IMG/VR virus record: IMGVR_UViG_3300033146_001559
Span: 1-55,560 of that record
Direction: 5' to 3' (one strand)
From: a virus
Taxonomy: Duplodnaviria > Caudoviricetes
DNA length: 55,560 nucleotides
Made by a program: the position numbers and the translations under genes
The notes under the pieces: model-generated
The model's input: only the letters and a program-made list of their open reading frames with translations
What the model was told of the DNA's origin: nothing
Databases searched by the model: none
In this document: positions 1 to 10,312 of the stretch, in pieces
Layout: every line of letters starts with the position of its first letter
Numbering within the stretch: position 1 is the stretch's first letter

Positions 1-129
1 TCCATACGGAAGAAACGTAATCATCGCCCGATGCGAAAAGTGGTCCGCGCCAAAACGGGTCATGCTGTGAATGTTTATAACTACTCATGCTCTTAATTAT
101 GAGAACAGTGCAATATATTACCCGAGGAC

Positions 130-1275
130 TTACGGCTCCCCTATATATTTGTTAGAACATCCAGATAAAGATGTTTCTGATAATCGACTCAGTCCAGTAT
201 ATTTATTCATCAGTATAACATCCACCTCGCCAATAACATCATCTGGCATCACAATAGATACAGTGCCGTCGCCATTATAATAATGACTATCTAATTTGAT
301 CCCATCAAAAGCTGGGTTGTCGGCACTCAAAGAAGCACTACCGCCAAACGGATCATATGCGGTGACGGGGAATACATCAGAATATCGTGGGGTGATGAAA
401 ATGGAGTCGATATTCTCCATGCTCTCACCCTGAAGGTCGATTATCGTCCGTCCACCACCCCACAAATCATAACTAAACCAATCATGATTCTCATCCCAGT
501 CTTCCCCGTCTTCGATCATATCATAACACGACTCCCACCAACTATGGATCGATGGTTGTGCTTTCAGTGTGACCGTATCTGGTTGCTCCATATTGGGCTT
601 CCGATACCAACCACAATCCAACTCCTCCACATACCCGAGATTATATTCGATCTTCTTGATCAACCCAACTTCTCCATAATCGGCTCTATAATACCACCCT
701 TCCAGTGTCAGTCCGAGGTTGGCAATGTATCGAATTTTTGACTTGGAGTCAGTATCCGTGGGTAAATCCATACTAACCGACCCATCCCATGTTACCTTCG
801 ATATCACCTCTTTATCCGTGTGGGGCTCCCTCCATGATAACTGTATATAAGGGTTAAATACTGATAGATAGTGGGCTAGAATCTCTTCCAGATCGCTCCC
901 CTTTGTAGTCACAATCGCTAAATTAAAATCCATATTCACTGGGACAGGTTTCCGATTAACATGGAGTTTATCATTACCCTGCCACCCCCGATCCACCATG
1001 TCGGCTTTCTTCCCCTCGTTCCTACTATCATCTAGCGACATACCAGTCATGGTGACTGACATACACGGTAACACAATCTGTTTATTGAACTGCACGGCCT
1101 CATGGACCTGTCGTGTTTTGTGTCCGTATTTCAGGGGAACTGCAATTGTTTGGAGTATATTACCCCTGACACCACGGGCATCATATTCATACCGACGAAT
1201 GCGACACCCATCAAGTGCCGAAAGGAGATGGATCTTCAATGTTGACAATTCGGAATTCGACGGAATATGATTCAT
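130..1275 (-). CDS. gp15: Tail terminator / tail sheath stabilizer (T4 gp15-like) with C-terminal extension
   Basis: Motifs IAVPLKYG, LPCMSVTMTGMSLD.SR and PVPVNMDFNLAI...EEILAHYLSVFNP match gp15 family; TAATTA-N5-ATG upstream. Confidence 0.8.
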   Translation of the reverse strand: MNHIPSNSELSTLKIHLLSALDGCRIRRYEYDARGVRGNILQTIAVPLKYGHKTRQVHEAVQFNKQIVLPCMSVTMTGMSLDDSRNEGKKADMVDRGWQGNDKLHVNRKPVPVNMDFNLAIVTTKGSDLEEILAHYLSVFNPYIQLSWREPHTDKEVISKVTWDGSVSMDLPTDTDSKSKIRYIANLGLTLEGWYYRADYGEVGLIKKIEYNLGYVEELDCGWYRKPNMEQPDTVTLKAQPSIHSWWESCYDMIEDGEDWDENHDWFSYDLWGGGRTIIDLQGESMENIDSIFITPRYSDVFPVTAYDPFGGSASLSADNPAFDGIKLDSHYYNGDGTVSIVMPDDVIGEVDVILMNKYTGLSRLSETSLSGCSNKYIGEP

Positions 1276-1310
1276 GCCTTTAATTATGTGCGGGGATAAT
1301 TAAAGGCATG
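1273..1310. promoter_or_regulatory. Perfect 15-bp inverted repeat containing two back-to-back late promoters and both start codons
   Basis: CATGCCTTTAATTAT (1273-1287) + GTGCGGGG + ATAATTAAAGGCATG (1296-1310). Confidence 0.85.
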
Positions 1311-2045
1311 CCCGTGACATCCACACCAACTTTCGCCCCATCTAATGACAACCTGAAAAGTAGTGGTAAATCATTCATGGATAACTTGATTGGGTGTCAC
1401 CCAATGGGTATCCTAGAGCAGAGTGGGGTAATGTTAGAAAAATTACTGGGAATTGACCTACTATATTATCGCCAAAATTTTGACCCAAAAAAAGCACACC
1501 CCATATACGGAGATGAGACCTCGGAATTTTTGGATCCATATCTGATTCGGGGTCTTGTGCAGATGAATACGGACAATACTCTTCTTTCTCAGTTTGGTAT
1601 TGAGGCCGAAAATGATATTGATATTCAAATAACTTATAGTGGATGGGAAACAATTTTTGGTAGTGGTGTCAAACCACAGGCGGGTGATATGTTCGAAGTA
1701 AAGGACCTTCTATGTAATCGACCTGATGGATTCACTAAATCATTATATGTGGTCACGTCGCAGGGTGATGACACACAGTTCGACGTATCCAAACGATGGA
1801 AAATAGCAGGAAAACGTGCCGATTATTCATTCCTCCCCAACCAACCTCGGGAAAAGAGCGGTTCCCCATTATTCGCCAGTAAATTCGTTGGGGTGGTTGA
1901 CAATAAAACTCTTGAGCCTATCATCGATGAGGGGTTTGAGAATCCAATAGAGCGCGATATTGACGATATTGCTGAAGATAACTTCAAAAACGAAAATAGT
2001 AATGTGTATGGAGGTGGTTATTACATAGACGAAGATGATATGTAA
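1308..2045 (+). CDS. gp14: Neck / head closure protein (T4 gp14-like)
   Basis: GIDLLYY, PIYGDE, LLSQFGIE..NDIDI and PQAGD motifs; divergent from gp15. Confidence 0.7.
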   Translation: MPVTSTPTFAPSNDNLKSSGKSFMDNLIGCHPMGILEQSGVMLEKLLGIDLLYYRQNFDPKKAHPIYGDETSEFLDPYLIRGLVQMNTDNTLLSQFGIEAENDIDIQITYSGWETIFGSGVKPQAGDMFEVKDLLCNRPDGFTKSLYVVTSQGDDTQFDVSKRWKIAGKRADYSFLPNQPREKSGSPLFASKFVGVVDNKTLEPIIDEGFENPIERDIDDIAEDNFKNENSNVYGGGYYIDEDDM

Positions 2046-2058
2046 GCGAATATATCAC

Positions 2059-2733
2059 CTACATAGTTCGAATACAATGGAGAACTGCATTCACTATATA
2101 CTGTTCCTTGTCATGTCGCGGTAACCTAACTAGAGATTCTTCCAAGTTATCGAGTGGTTGCGCTAGAAATCCTCCATCACTCCCAATGATCCACTCCCGC
2201 TGTTCCAAAAGAGGATCAACAATTGCAGACGAAACGCTCGGATCCTGAACAGTGTCATAACACACAATTCGCATATACCTAACATAGTCCGCCTCACCAC
2301 CATGGTTTTCGTCGATTTGACCAAGGGCTCGACTGGACTTTCCGACCATACCACCACCATCAATAAGAGCGCGTTGGATACGCCCCATCGGGGTGTCTAG
2401 GACGACTGCCTTTCCATAAACAGTTCCATCATTTTCCATGCGCAGACTAACAGTTCGGTCACAAGCTCGCTCGAGATCAACGTCGGGGGTCGACGGATGG
2501 TTAAGTTCATTGAAAGCTCTTTTGGTTTTTACGAATTCTTCGTTATAACGGCCAATGTCGGTATGCATTTCGGTTGGGTCATAAATTCGTCCATTCTTAT
2601 TTTTTTTACCTGCTTCACCAAAAATACCCTCGACATACATCCGCTTGGGTTCCCCTGTGTTTGTCTGTTCTTCAAACGTTTCGAGAATGTTGTTGTTGGT
2701 TCCCACCAAAAGTTTAAATGCGCTATTAGCCAT
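2059..2733 (-). CDS. gp21: Prohead core protease (T4 gp21-like)
   Basis: MYVEGIF...NKNGRIY, ELNHP, LDTPMGRI, SSRALG, YDTVQDPS motifs. Confidence 0.92.
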   Translation of the reverse strand: MANSAFKLLVGTNNNILETFEEQTNTGEPKRMYVEGIFGEAGKKNKNGRIYDPTEMHTDIGRYNEEFVKTKRAFNELNHPSTPDVDLERACDRTVSLRMENDGTVYGKAVVLDTPMGRIQRALIDGGGMVGKSSRALGQIDENHGGEADYVRYMRIVCYDTVQDPSVSSAIVDPLLEQREWIIGSDGGFLAQPLDNLEESLVRLPRHDKEQYIVNAVLHCIRTM

Positions 2734-2805
2734 AACTCTAATTATGCGTTTTGTTTTAATTTAGGAAAATGGTTGCTTTATCGGGTGGTCATCATAATTA
2801 AATCC

Positions 2806-4812
2806 ATGGCAAATAATAGTTTAAACCCTCTTTCATGGTTCTCAAGTCAGAGCAAGTCCAAGAACCCAAACCGAGAAGAGGATATTAGTAAGGCGATCAG
2901 AAAAGCTGTTGTCATGGACGAACTTGGGGACACTAGGTCGCGGGAGACTGATAGGCTTGCGGTGTCAACCATTGACGCTCCGTGGAAGGATGATAAGGAG
3001 CAGGGGGGAATTATGGGGGCATGGCAAAATACTGGATTCCGTCATTATATGGCATTCAACTTCAATCGGGATAAGGTGGCTCGGGTAGCAGACTACCGCT
3101 CACTGGCAAAAGAAGAGAAAATCGATGCCTGTCTACACGAACTAACAATTTCATGTCTCGCCTCTCATGATGGGGTGGAGATGGTTGAAGCCAAACTGGG
3201 CGGTGATTATGCGGACAAAACAAAGCAGATCATCGACGAGGAGTTACGTTATGTTATTAATCTTTTCAGGTTTGAAGAAAGGGGACAGGAATATTTTAAG
3301 GAGTTCCTAACATGTGGTGAGTTGGTATTTGAAAATGTGTTTTCGGTGATGAAGCCAGAACTTGGGATTCTGGACATCAAAGCTATTCCACCTGAGAATA
3401 TGGACCCCATTTACCGAAATCAGTATAATGAAGAGATCGAGGCCTTTATTTTAAGAAAACCCAATAACCAACTTGGGGATCAAGGTAATCGATATTTCCA
3501 ACAAACGCGATCACAGAAACATACACAGACGTTTGACACAATACCACTTGCAAGTAGCCAAGTTACTTATTGCAACTCGGGTGAATGGGATGACACCCTG
3601 AGTATGAGCATACCCTATATTACGAGGGGTCAAGATGCCCAGAAGAAATTGACGCTGATCGAAGATTCAATTATTATTAATGCAATGGTTAATGCCCCAG
3701 AGCGGCTACTATGGAATATCCCAACGGGTAATATGGATTCTGCGTCACAAGCGCGATACATGCGAAACATCATCAACTCCCATAAGAGCAAGAAAGGAAC
3801 AGACCAGAACGGTAATATTCTCGACAAATATGATCCAATTAGTATTACCGAGGATTTTTACATACCAGTTGGTTCGGATGGGGTATCAGCCACCGTTAGT
3901 CGCATGGCTGGTAGTTCTGCCTTCGGTAGTGGCTTTAATGGTATGTTGGACTATTTTCATGCTAAGGTATATGAGGATATGCACGTGCCGATTTCTAGGT
4001 TAAACCCAGAGACGGCTGGAACCGACGGAACCACGATCACAATGCAGGAACTGGCTTTTGCTGAACGTATCATCGCTATTCAGAAAAAAGTTGCCGCTGC
4101 CATCAAGAAAACATTAATTGTTCATCTGAAGCTCAAGGGGTTAAAACTTCATCACGAAAGTTGTGCTGGTGGTATTTTACTCGAACGGAGTGATATGCAT
4201 ATGAGTTCTATTACTGACGAATTGTTATTCGAAAAACATATAGAGCTGGTAGAGCGTGACTATTACTCAGGTCAACTAGTCGAACAATGTATCACCGAAA
4301 ATAATACCACACTATTACATGAAATCGGCACAAGTTACTGGGATCAATATGAATTAAATGAATATGATATCAAAGTGGTGTTTAGTTTACCAACGTCATT
4401 CATGGCCCTTCGTGACCAACAGCAATTTGACCTCAAGTGGACAAACTTCAACACCATGGCGGGCAGTGGTTTCTTCTCCGTATTTCTTTTAGCCAAGGAA
4501 CACTTAGGCATGACCGACGATGAAATACTCCGTCATGTTGAGTGGAAGAAAAAGGAGGCCGAGAAAAACTGGGAGCTGGGGCAGATCGAAGAAGGTGGCC
4601 CAGAATTCCGAGAAGCTCAAGCCGAAGCTCTTGGTGCTGACATTGGTGGTGATATGGGAAGTGCTCTTGGTGGTGATATGGGGGGAACACCCGACTTTGG
4701 TGGTGGTGATATGGACGGCATCGACGGGGATGAAGAAGCACCACTCCCGTCGTCGGATAGTGGTGCTGAGTTGGATGATTTAGAAGAAATCCCCGATGAG
4801 CCAGAGAGGTAG
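2806..4812 (+). CDS. gp20: Portal vertex protein (T4 gp20-like); start re-assigned to ATG 2806
   Basis: LTLIEDSIII...APERLLWNIPTGNM, EDFYIP, YFHAKVY..MHVPISRL, ITMQELAF; acidic Gly-rich tail; TAATTA-N5-ATG at 2795-2808. Confidence 0.92.
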   Translation: MANNSLNPLSWFSSQSKSKNPNREEDISKAIRKAVVMDELGDTRSRETDRLAVSTIDAPWKDDKEQGGIMGAWQNTGFRHYMAFNFNRDKVARVADYRSLAKEEKIDACLHELTISCLASHDGVEMVEAKLGGDYADKTKQIIDEELRYVINLFRFEERGQEYFKEFLTCGELVFENVFSVMKPELGILDIKAIPPENMDPIYRNQYNEEIEAFILRKPNNQLGDQGNRYFQQTRSQKHTQTFDTIPLASSQVTYCNSGEWDDTLSMSIPYITRGQDAQKKLTLIEDSIIINAMVNAPERLLWNIPTGNMDSASQARYMRNIINSHKSKKGTDQNGNILDKYDPISITEDFYIPVGSDGVSATVSRMAGSSAFGSGFNGMLDYFHAKVYEDMHVPISRLNPETAGTDGTTITMQELAFAERIIAIQKKVAAAIKKTLIVHLKLKGLKLHHESCAGGILLERSDMHMSSITDELLFEKHIELVERDYYSGQLVEQCITENNTTLLHEIGTSYWDQYELNEYDIKVVFSLPTSFMALRDQQQFDLKWTNFNTMAGSGFFSVFLLAKEHLGMTDDEILRHVEWKKKEAEKNWELGQIEEGGPEFREAQAEALGADIGGDMGSALGGDMGGTPDFGGGDMDGIDGDEEAPLPSSDSGAELDDLEEIPDEPER

Positions 4813-4814
4813 AT

Positions 4815-6287
4815 CTAAACGAATATGAAACACCTCGCACTAGCACGAGTTACCCCAACATAGAGATGTTGTAAAACCTCTCTCTTTTTGGGGTTCTTCA
4901 TTATGTCCCTAGCAATAATAATGATATTATCATATGTGCTCCCCTGTGATTTGTATGTGGTTAAACACGGGGCATATTTCAGTCGGGCAAATCGTTTATC
5001 CAATTTATAGTAAATCACCCACTTATCACGTGAGGCTTTCCCCCTCTTCATTCTTAGTGCGTTCTTCTTTAGACGCTCCAAATGTGCTTCATACGCGACA
5101 TAGCTGTCTTCGTGGACTATCTCTATCTGTGAGACCCGTCCCGTGTATAGATTTTTAATCTGCGCAATATAACAGTCATACATCTCACCATGAGCCATCC
5201 GTGGCTCAATCGTATAATCCTGAATAATCAATTCCTCGTTTGTCTGATACTCAATCTGGGAACCATCCGTGGTAAAAATCGGCTTATCTACGATAACCTT
5301 ATCACCAGTAACATATTTTGGGAGATACATCACCCCACCCTTATAAAAAGGATATTCTTCCTTTACCTTTTGGATCAGATCATCACCATGGAATCCATCT
5401 GCTTTGAATTTTTCAACCGATTCTTTGATCTTCTCTTTATAGATCATTTTCCGAATCTGTGTATTTAGCCCATTAACGGTGTTATTTGTCCATGCAACGA
5501 CTCGACAGTGATTTGGGTCTGCATCATACTTACCCCCCGTGAATAGCTTCTCAAGGACGGCCTTGTAGTCTTTCTGATGAACTACCATCACACCATGTCC
5601 ATCATCATTCACTTGAGTGACTGGTCGGAACGTCCCCTCGCGAATCTCCTTGCTCAATTTGATAATAGGGTTTGTTCCTTTTTGGCGGACAATCTCGGTT
5701 AAACTCGAGTGCCCAATGTTATTACTCTTACGGCGGTCTTCGTCCATTGGCGCAGATGACTTGTGGTGAACGGGGGGTAACTGCTTTCCATCACCAACAA
5801 AAATGATCTTCAAAAATGGGTTGATCTCGATCTCCTCTAGGAGGAACGCAAACAACTTATCATCAAGCATGGACGCCTCATCGATGATGATGAGGTCATA
5901 GTCACCGACTTTATTGGGGTTCTTCCGATCTTTAACGAATGTCTCAACCCCGCCATCAGTCACAATTGGTTTTAATCCCAGCAAACTATGAACCGTTAAA
6001 TACGCGAGATTCTCCTCACTCTCAAAGTCTGCCATGTGGACAAGCACCCGAAGCGCTTTGTGGGTGGGACAAGCAATACATATACGTGTTCCGTATCGAG
6101 CAATCTGTTCCTCCACGAACATGTTTACTGAAAAGCTTTTCCCAACGCCCGCGTATCCCTCGAAACAAAATAGTTGTTCCCCGCCTTTAATGAAATCCGT
6201 TAAGCGTTGATATGCATCTTTCTGTCCCCCAATAAGTAGTTCGGTGTCTGGTAATTTCGGCTGTCTTAACCGTCTATTTTCAATCAT
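4815..6287 (-). CDS. dda: SF1B DNA helicase (Dda/RecD2-like)
   Basis: GYAGVGKS Walker A, PTHKA, IIIDEASM, VGDGKQLPPV, KSQGSTY, YVGVTRA; start could be 6287 or 6293. Confidence 0.88.
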   Translation of the reverse strand: MIENRRLRQPKLPDTELLIGGQKDAYQRLTDFIKGGEQLFCFEGYAGVGKSFSVNMFVEEQIARYGTRICIACPTHKALRVLVHMADFESEENLAYLTVHSLLGLKPIVTDGGVETFVKDRKNPNKVGDYDLIIIDEASMLDDKLFAFLLEEIEINPFLKIIFVGDGKQLPPVHHKSSAPMDEDRRKSNNIGHSSLTEIVRQKGTNPIIKLSKEIREGTFRPVTQVNDDGHGVMVVHQKDYKAVLEKLFTGGKYDADPNHCRVVAWTNNTVNGLNTQIRKMIYKEKIKESVEKFKADGFHGDDLIQKVKEEYPFYKGGVMYLPKYVTGDKVIVDKPIFTTDGSQIEYQTNEELIIQDYTIEPRMAHGEMYDCYIAQIKNLYTGRVSQIEIVHEDSYVAYEAHLERLKKNALRMKRGKASRDKWVIYYKLDKRFARLKYAPCLTTYKSQGSTYDNIIIIARDIMKNPKKREVLQHLYVGVTRASARCFIFV

Positions 6288-6362
6288 GCCCAATTATAGC
6301 ACCATTTTAGTGACGAACAACCATTAAAATAAAAAAAACACGATGAAGTTATAATTAAAGAT

Positions 6363-7001
6363 ATGAGCAAATCAATTTTTGAGCCATCCGTAGTGGAAAA
6401 CCTATCCAGTGTGTTCAGCGAAATGACCACACAAACACAGCCAACTAAGACTAAACCGTCCAAGCGGGTTGTCCGAGAAAGTGTTGAATCCAACAAAGGG
6501 GTCACTCCTGCCGTCGCGACCATTGTTAAAGAAAAGAGTGTCAAGACTCTATCTTCGTTTAATGCGGTGTTCAACGCTGTGATTGGCGAGTCTGATGAAT
6601 TCGACGATATTGATATGGATGTAGACGTTGATGTAGAAGATGGGGTCGGTGAAGGGGAAATGGTTGAGATCCCTCGCGCATTGTTGGATGAGTTGATCAC
6701 CTACCTCGAAGATCCTATGGGTGATGATGAAGAATCTGACGTTGATGATTTTGATATGGATCTCCCAGAAGAAAAGATTCAGGTGTCCAAACTCACCACT
6801 AAAGGGGGTTCGACTGTATCTGGTTCAGTCATAGCAAATGATAACACTAAACAGAGTGCTAAAAAATCAGGAAGTGCCTGTGGTAAGAAAGTCCGTGATG
6901 GTAAAGCGTCGCTACTAAATCGACTCTATTCATTTAAAGTATCTGGTAGTCCCACGGCTAAGGTCAAAATGGTCGTCGGACAAAAAGCACTAGTCAAGTA
7001 G
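6363..7001 (+). CDS. Acidic late protein, possible prohead core/scaffold component
   Basis: Very acidic middle, basic tail; TAATTA-N5-ATG. Confidence 0.45.
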   Translation: MSKSIFEPSVVENLSSVFSEMTTQTQPTKTKPSKRVVRESVESNKGVTPAVATIVKEKSVKTLSSFNAVFNAVIGESDEFDDIDMDVDVDVEDGVGEGEMVEIPRALLDELITYLEDPMGDDEESDVDDFDMDLPEEKIQVSKLTTKGGSTVSGSVIANDNTKQSAKKSGSACGKKVRDGKASLLNRLYSFKVSGSPTAKVKMVVGQKALVK

Positions 7002-7057
7002 ACCATTACTATTATATTTAAACTCCATGGTATGTCAATATCATGGAGTTTTTGCGT

Positions 7058-7450
7058 CTACTTATCCATAAATTCAATTTTCTGCTGGGCCGTCATGTCG
7101 CGAATGTTATCCCTAAAAAACACCCAGAAATTATTAATCTCTGTTGGGTTGGTCACGGGGAAGATCCTAATCATGTGTAATGATTCACATGCGGAGTTTC
7201 GATATTCCTGTCGGAATAAATCCCAGTAGGTCACTAGATTGTGGGCTTCTTGGTTCAGTGAGTTCATGGCTGATGGGGGTCGAAAATTCAACACCTTTAC
7301 GCCAAATTCGGACATCAATACCGCTGGTGAATTTGTAGCAAGGGCGCGGCGGGTAAGCATCGCCCCACTCTTTGGAACCCTACGAACCCATTTCATTTCA
7401 ATAACACTGTTTTTGAGGGAAGTATCAAGTAAACTTCTATTAATAGCCAT
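7058..7450 (-). CDS. DUF2693/WYL-like SH3-fold protein
   Basis: VIEMKWVRR...RRALATN...LVTYWDL...YR pattern; TAATTA-N5-ATG. Confidence 0.5.
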   Translation of the reverse strand: MAINRSLLDTSLKNSVIEMKWVRRVPKSGAMLTRRALATNSPAVLMSEFGVKVLNFRPPSAMNSLNQEAHNLVTYWDLFRQEYRNSACESLHMIRIFPVTNPTEINNFWVFFRDNIRDMTAQQKIEFMDK

Positions 7451-7454
7451 GACA

Positions 7455-7850
7455 TTAATTATTCATGATACTATCAACGGCATCGGAAAAATTGGCATTT
7501 TCTAGATATTCGGCGGCACGCGCACTAGACACGTCAAACACGGTCATTACCCATTTAATACTCTCATCGGACGCGTGGACACTTTCTACCTTCGGTGCTT
7601 TATTATAGCTACTGAATATTCGTCTCGCATCATAACGCGTCTTCGGGAGTATTGACTGTAATACCGACACCTTGGTGTTATTTGACCTTTCATGCCAAAA
7701 AGAGTTATTTACCGTCGTGTTGAGCATTTTAGCAAATGCCCTGTTATTGTAAGACAAAAACCGTATAACAGGAAACATCGGAAATGTTTCATAGTATATT
7801 GGTGCTGTCTTATGGGTTATTATATCCTCGAGGTATTTGCTTAGACTCAT
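7455..7850 (-). CDS. gp62: Clamp loader small subunit (T4 gp62-like)
   Basis: F.VIRFLSY..AFAKMLN and VMTVFDVSSARAAEYL resemble gp62; start MSLSKYL at 7850. Confidence 0.55.
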   Translation of the reverse strand: MSLSKYLEDIITHKTAPIYYETFPMFPVIRFLSYNNRAFAKMLNTTVNNSFWHERSNNTKVSVLQSILPKTRYDARRIFSSYNKAPKVESVHASDESIKWVMTVFDVSSARAAEYLENANFSDAVDSIMNN

Positions 7851-7971
7851 TATCGTTTTGTTCTTTCTCTTTTCGCTTCTCGTCATCCAGTGTATCCCAA
7901 ATAGGAGCATCTCTGAATGTTTCCCATTTTACGGCATCTTCGGGTTTTCTACCTTTTCCATTTTGTGACAT
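7810..7971 (-). CDS. Small phage protein (MSQNGKGRKP type)
   Basis: Short ORF with GKG.KP N-terminus seen in large phages, fills the operon gap. Confidence 0.45.
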   Translation of the reverse strand: MSQNGKGRKPEDAVKWETFRDAPIWDTLDDEKRKEKEQNDNESKQIPRGYNNP

Positions 7972-7975
7972 AATA

Positions 7976-8716
7976 TTATTTAGTAAAATCTCCATATGCT
8001 TTGACGAATTCATAATGACTGTCCAGCCACGAATCATCCATTTCGCCCATACCTTTATGGACTACGAAGATATCCCATGTGGTCAACCCAAGACCATATT
8101 TATATGCTCGGAGTGATGCACTGAGATCATAGTGATGAAATTTGAACCGTTCGTCAAATGTAAACTCTTTCTCCAAACAGGCATCAATGTCAAACGACAT
8201 AAATAATCCATCAAGTAGGATCATTTGTGCTGGAACTGGACCAAAACTAGTTGACCATGTCTCACCATCTTTCTGGTGTGCTACGAATCCTGACTGGTGT
8301 GGTGCTACACCCCACCCATCACTATCAAAACGTGACAGGGTGTGCCATGCCGTTCGGTGATTACGATCAAATGGTAACATGATATCGGTCGCCCCCGCCA
8401 GCCCGACCATACCATAGTCTTTATGTGCCATTTGTAGCTTATTAAACATATCGTTATCAAACAACGTGAGGTCATCGTGTATGAAGCACACATAATACCC
8501 CTCATACCGACTATCAATGTATGTATTATACACCTCGGGGAGTCCTTTAGTGTTATCAGCATTAATCTGGATTGAGACTTGATCTGGATTCTGGTTGGCC
8601 ACTCGCCTCACCGAGGCATACTCATCAGATGCTTTATATTCATCCAATGACTTTGGTGTGGTGACCACAATTATGAGGTCACGTGTATCTTCTTCTGGTG
8701 CTTTTGGGTCGATCAT
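7976..8716 (-). CDS. Glycosyltransferase, GT-A fold (Glyco_tranf_2_5/StrF-like)
   Basis: GLPEVYN, VCFIHDD, GMVGLAG, LDGLFM, FDERFKFHHYDLSASL. Confidence 0.8.
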   Translation of the reverse strand: MIDPKAPEEDTRDLIIVVTTPKSLDEYKASDEYASVRRVANQNPDQVSIQINADNTKGLPEVYNTYIDSRYEGYYVCFIHDDLTLFDNDMFNKLQMAHKDYGMVGLAGATDIMLPFDRNHRTAWHTLSRFDSDGWGVAPHQSGFVAHQKDGETWSTSFGPVPAQMILLDGLFMSFDIDACLEKEFTFDERFKFHHYDLSASLRAYKYGLGLTTWDIFVVHKGMGEMDDSWLDSHYEFVKAYGDFTK

Positions 8717-8771
8717 ACACAGATTTTACCACGATTTGGTATTTATGCAAGCGTAAACGATAATTAAAGTC

Positions 8772-9236
8772 ATGAGCAAATTCATTAAAGAACTTTTTAC
8801 GAAACAACTCCTTTCTGAAGAAGACGGTGTTTATAGAGATCGCAGCAGACGATTCCCAGATTCATCCGAATCGGATTTTGATGGGGGTCTCGATGATGGG
8901 ACGGATTCGTCTGAATACGGAACCGAGGGACTTGGATTCGATGTGAGTGAGACCGAAGAAAAGAACTTCGCTACCGTGTATGCTAAAGTTGATCAGATCG
9001 AATCAATGATGAAAGAACTAGTGGATCCAAAGAATCAAGAGAACTTGACTCGCCAGTTGGCTAACTTCGATCGTAATGACTCCATCGGCAAAGGACTTTT
9101 GGATAAACTATCACGCCCAATCCTAAAATCAGTCGATAGCCTCGGTTCGGTTAAAAACATGCTCGACCAAGTGGCGTCTGCCGAGCCATCACTCCAGCGT
9201 AAGATCGACGCAATCACTAGTCAGAATCAGGGCTAA
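8772..9236 (+). CDS. Late hypothetical protein, candidate internal head protein
   Basis: TAATTA-N5-ATG; N-terminus MSKFIKELF...LLSE. Confidence 0.55.
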   Translation: MSKFIKELFTKQLLSEEDGVYRDRSRRFPDSSESDFDGGLDDGTDSSEYGTEGLGFDVSETEEKNFATVYAKVDQIESMMKELVDPKNQENLTRQLANFDRNDSIGKGLLDKLSRPILKSVDSLGSVKNMLDQVASAEPSLQRKIDAITSQNQG

Positions 9237-10272
9237 AGTAGCTCGTCTGGCCTGAGCTATTCCGCTTATCCATTATTATCTTAATAGCATCCTTGCCTGT
9301 ATACACATGGGCAAGGATGTTTTCCGTTGGGATTTCATCTACTTCCTCCCTCATCGCATATTCATTAAAATCCTTACATTTTTCGAATTTACCACCCCAT
9401 AGGAACACTTTTTTATTGCTTTTGGCATATTCGATGTAAAGTTCGAATACCTCGGGATTATCAAAATCATTGTCGAGGCAATATACCATATCAAAAAATA
9501 CGTCATATGAATCTAAAATCGCCTTCTGTGCGGCATTATATTTAATCCCACCGCCACCAATGGCATTTTCAACGAAAAAACAGTCCAGCGGACCCTCAAG
9601 CACAAAGATGTGTGGCAGTGAGTGGTTGATGGTATTAAGCCCGAAAAATATCTTCTTCCCATTGAGGCACGACATATACTTGCCCGCTTCATTGTGTTTG
9701 AATGTCTGCGCCCTTGATTGGAAGAATTGTAACACACCAGATTCATCATAAAACGGAATAATGATTCGATCTTTATGCACGAAATCACCCAGTGAAAGAA
9801 ACAGATCCACTCGAAACTTAGCGGTGTCCAGTCGTCTGGATCGAATGATCTGGATGGCTGACGTGATCGACCATTCATCATAAAACGCCACTTGCCCTTT
9901 ATTCGTTAAGTTTATCACGTCCAATGGTAGTCGGGGCGCGGGTTTTACGTATTCTTCACGTATATTAATGAATGTCTTGGATGACGAAAACACTTCACCC
10001 TCTTCGGCTCTTATCATGTTCCCAACTTCGTGATATGATATGTTCAGTGCCTTCATAATGAAGCCTACCTTGTTTAAGCACAAACCACAATTATAACACA
10101 CGGTGATCCCCTTATCGGGATAAAAAAATAAACGTTTTTTACGACCTAATGAATTTCCCTCATCACAAAACCGACACCCCCCATTTAACCGACCATCCCC
10201 GCTACGAGTAGCATCAGGGACGAACTCCATAAACTTATCTTCAAAGAAATGATCTGGGACGTGAAAGCTCAT
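9217..10272 (-). CDS. gp61: DNA primase (T4 gp61-like)
   Basis: Zn finger CRFC...CYNCG, RIIIPFY, FQSR, TOPRIM VLEGPLD...LDND, KDFNE. Confidence 0.9.
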   Translation of the reverse strand: MSFHVPDHFFEDKFMEFVPDATRSGDGRLNGGCRFCDEGNSLGRKKRLFFYPDKGITVCYNCGLCLNKVGFIMKALNISYHEVGNMIRAEEGEVFSSSKTFINIREEYVKPAPRLPLDVINLTNKGQVAFYDEWSITSAIQIIRSRRLDTAKFRVDLFLSLGDFVHKDRIIIPFYDESGVLQFFQSRAQTFKHNEAGKYMSCLNGKKIFFGLNTINHSLPHIFVLEGPLDCFFVENAIGGGGIKYNAAQKAILDSYDVFFDMVYCLDNDFDNPEVFELYIEYAKSNKKVFLWGGKFEKCKDFNEYAMREEVDEIPTENILAHVYTGKDAIKIIMDKRNSSGQTSYFSPDSD

Positions 10273-10312
10273 GCACAAATGATATAGATTTAGTAATTAA
10301 AGTCAAGCACTT

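Noticed and set aside
2497-2805. N-terminal 103 codons of the portal ORF as called in the track
   Set aside because: Overlaps gp21 on the opposite strand; promoter spacing supports ATG 2806
4640-4720. GGTGGTGATATG repeats at the portal 3' end
   Set aside because: Encodes a low-complexity GGDM tail common in portal proteins
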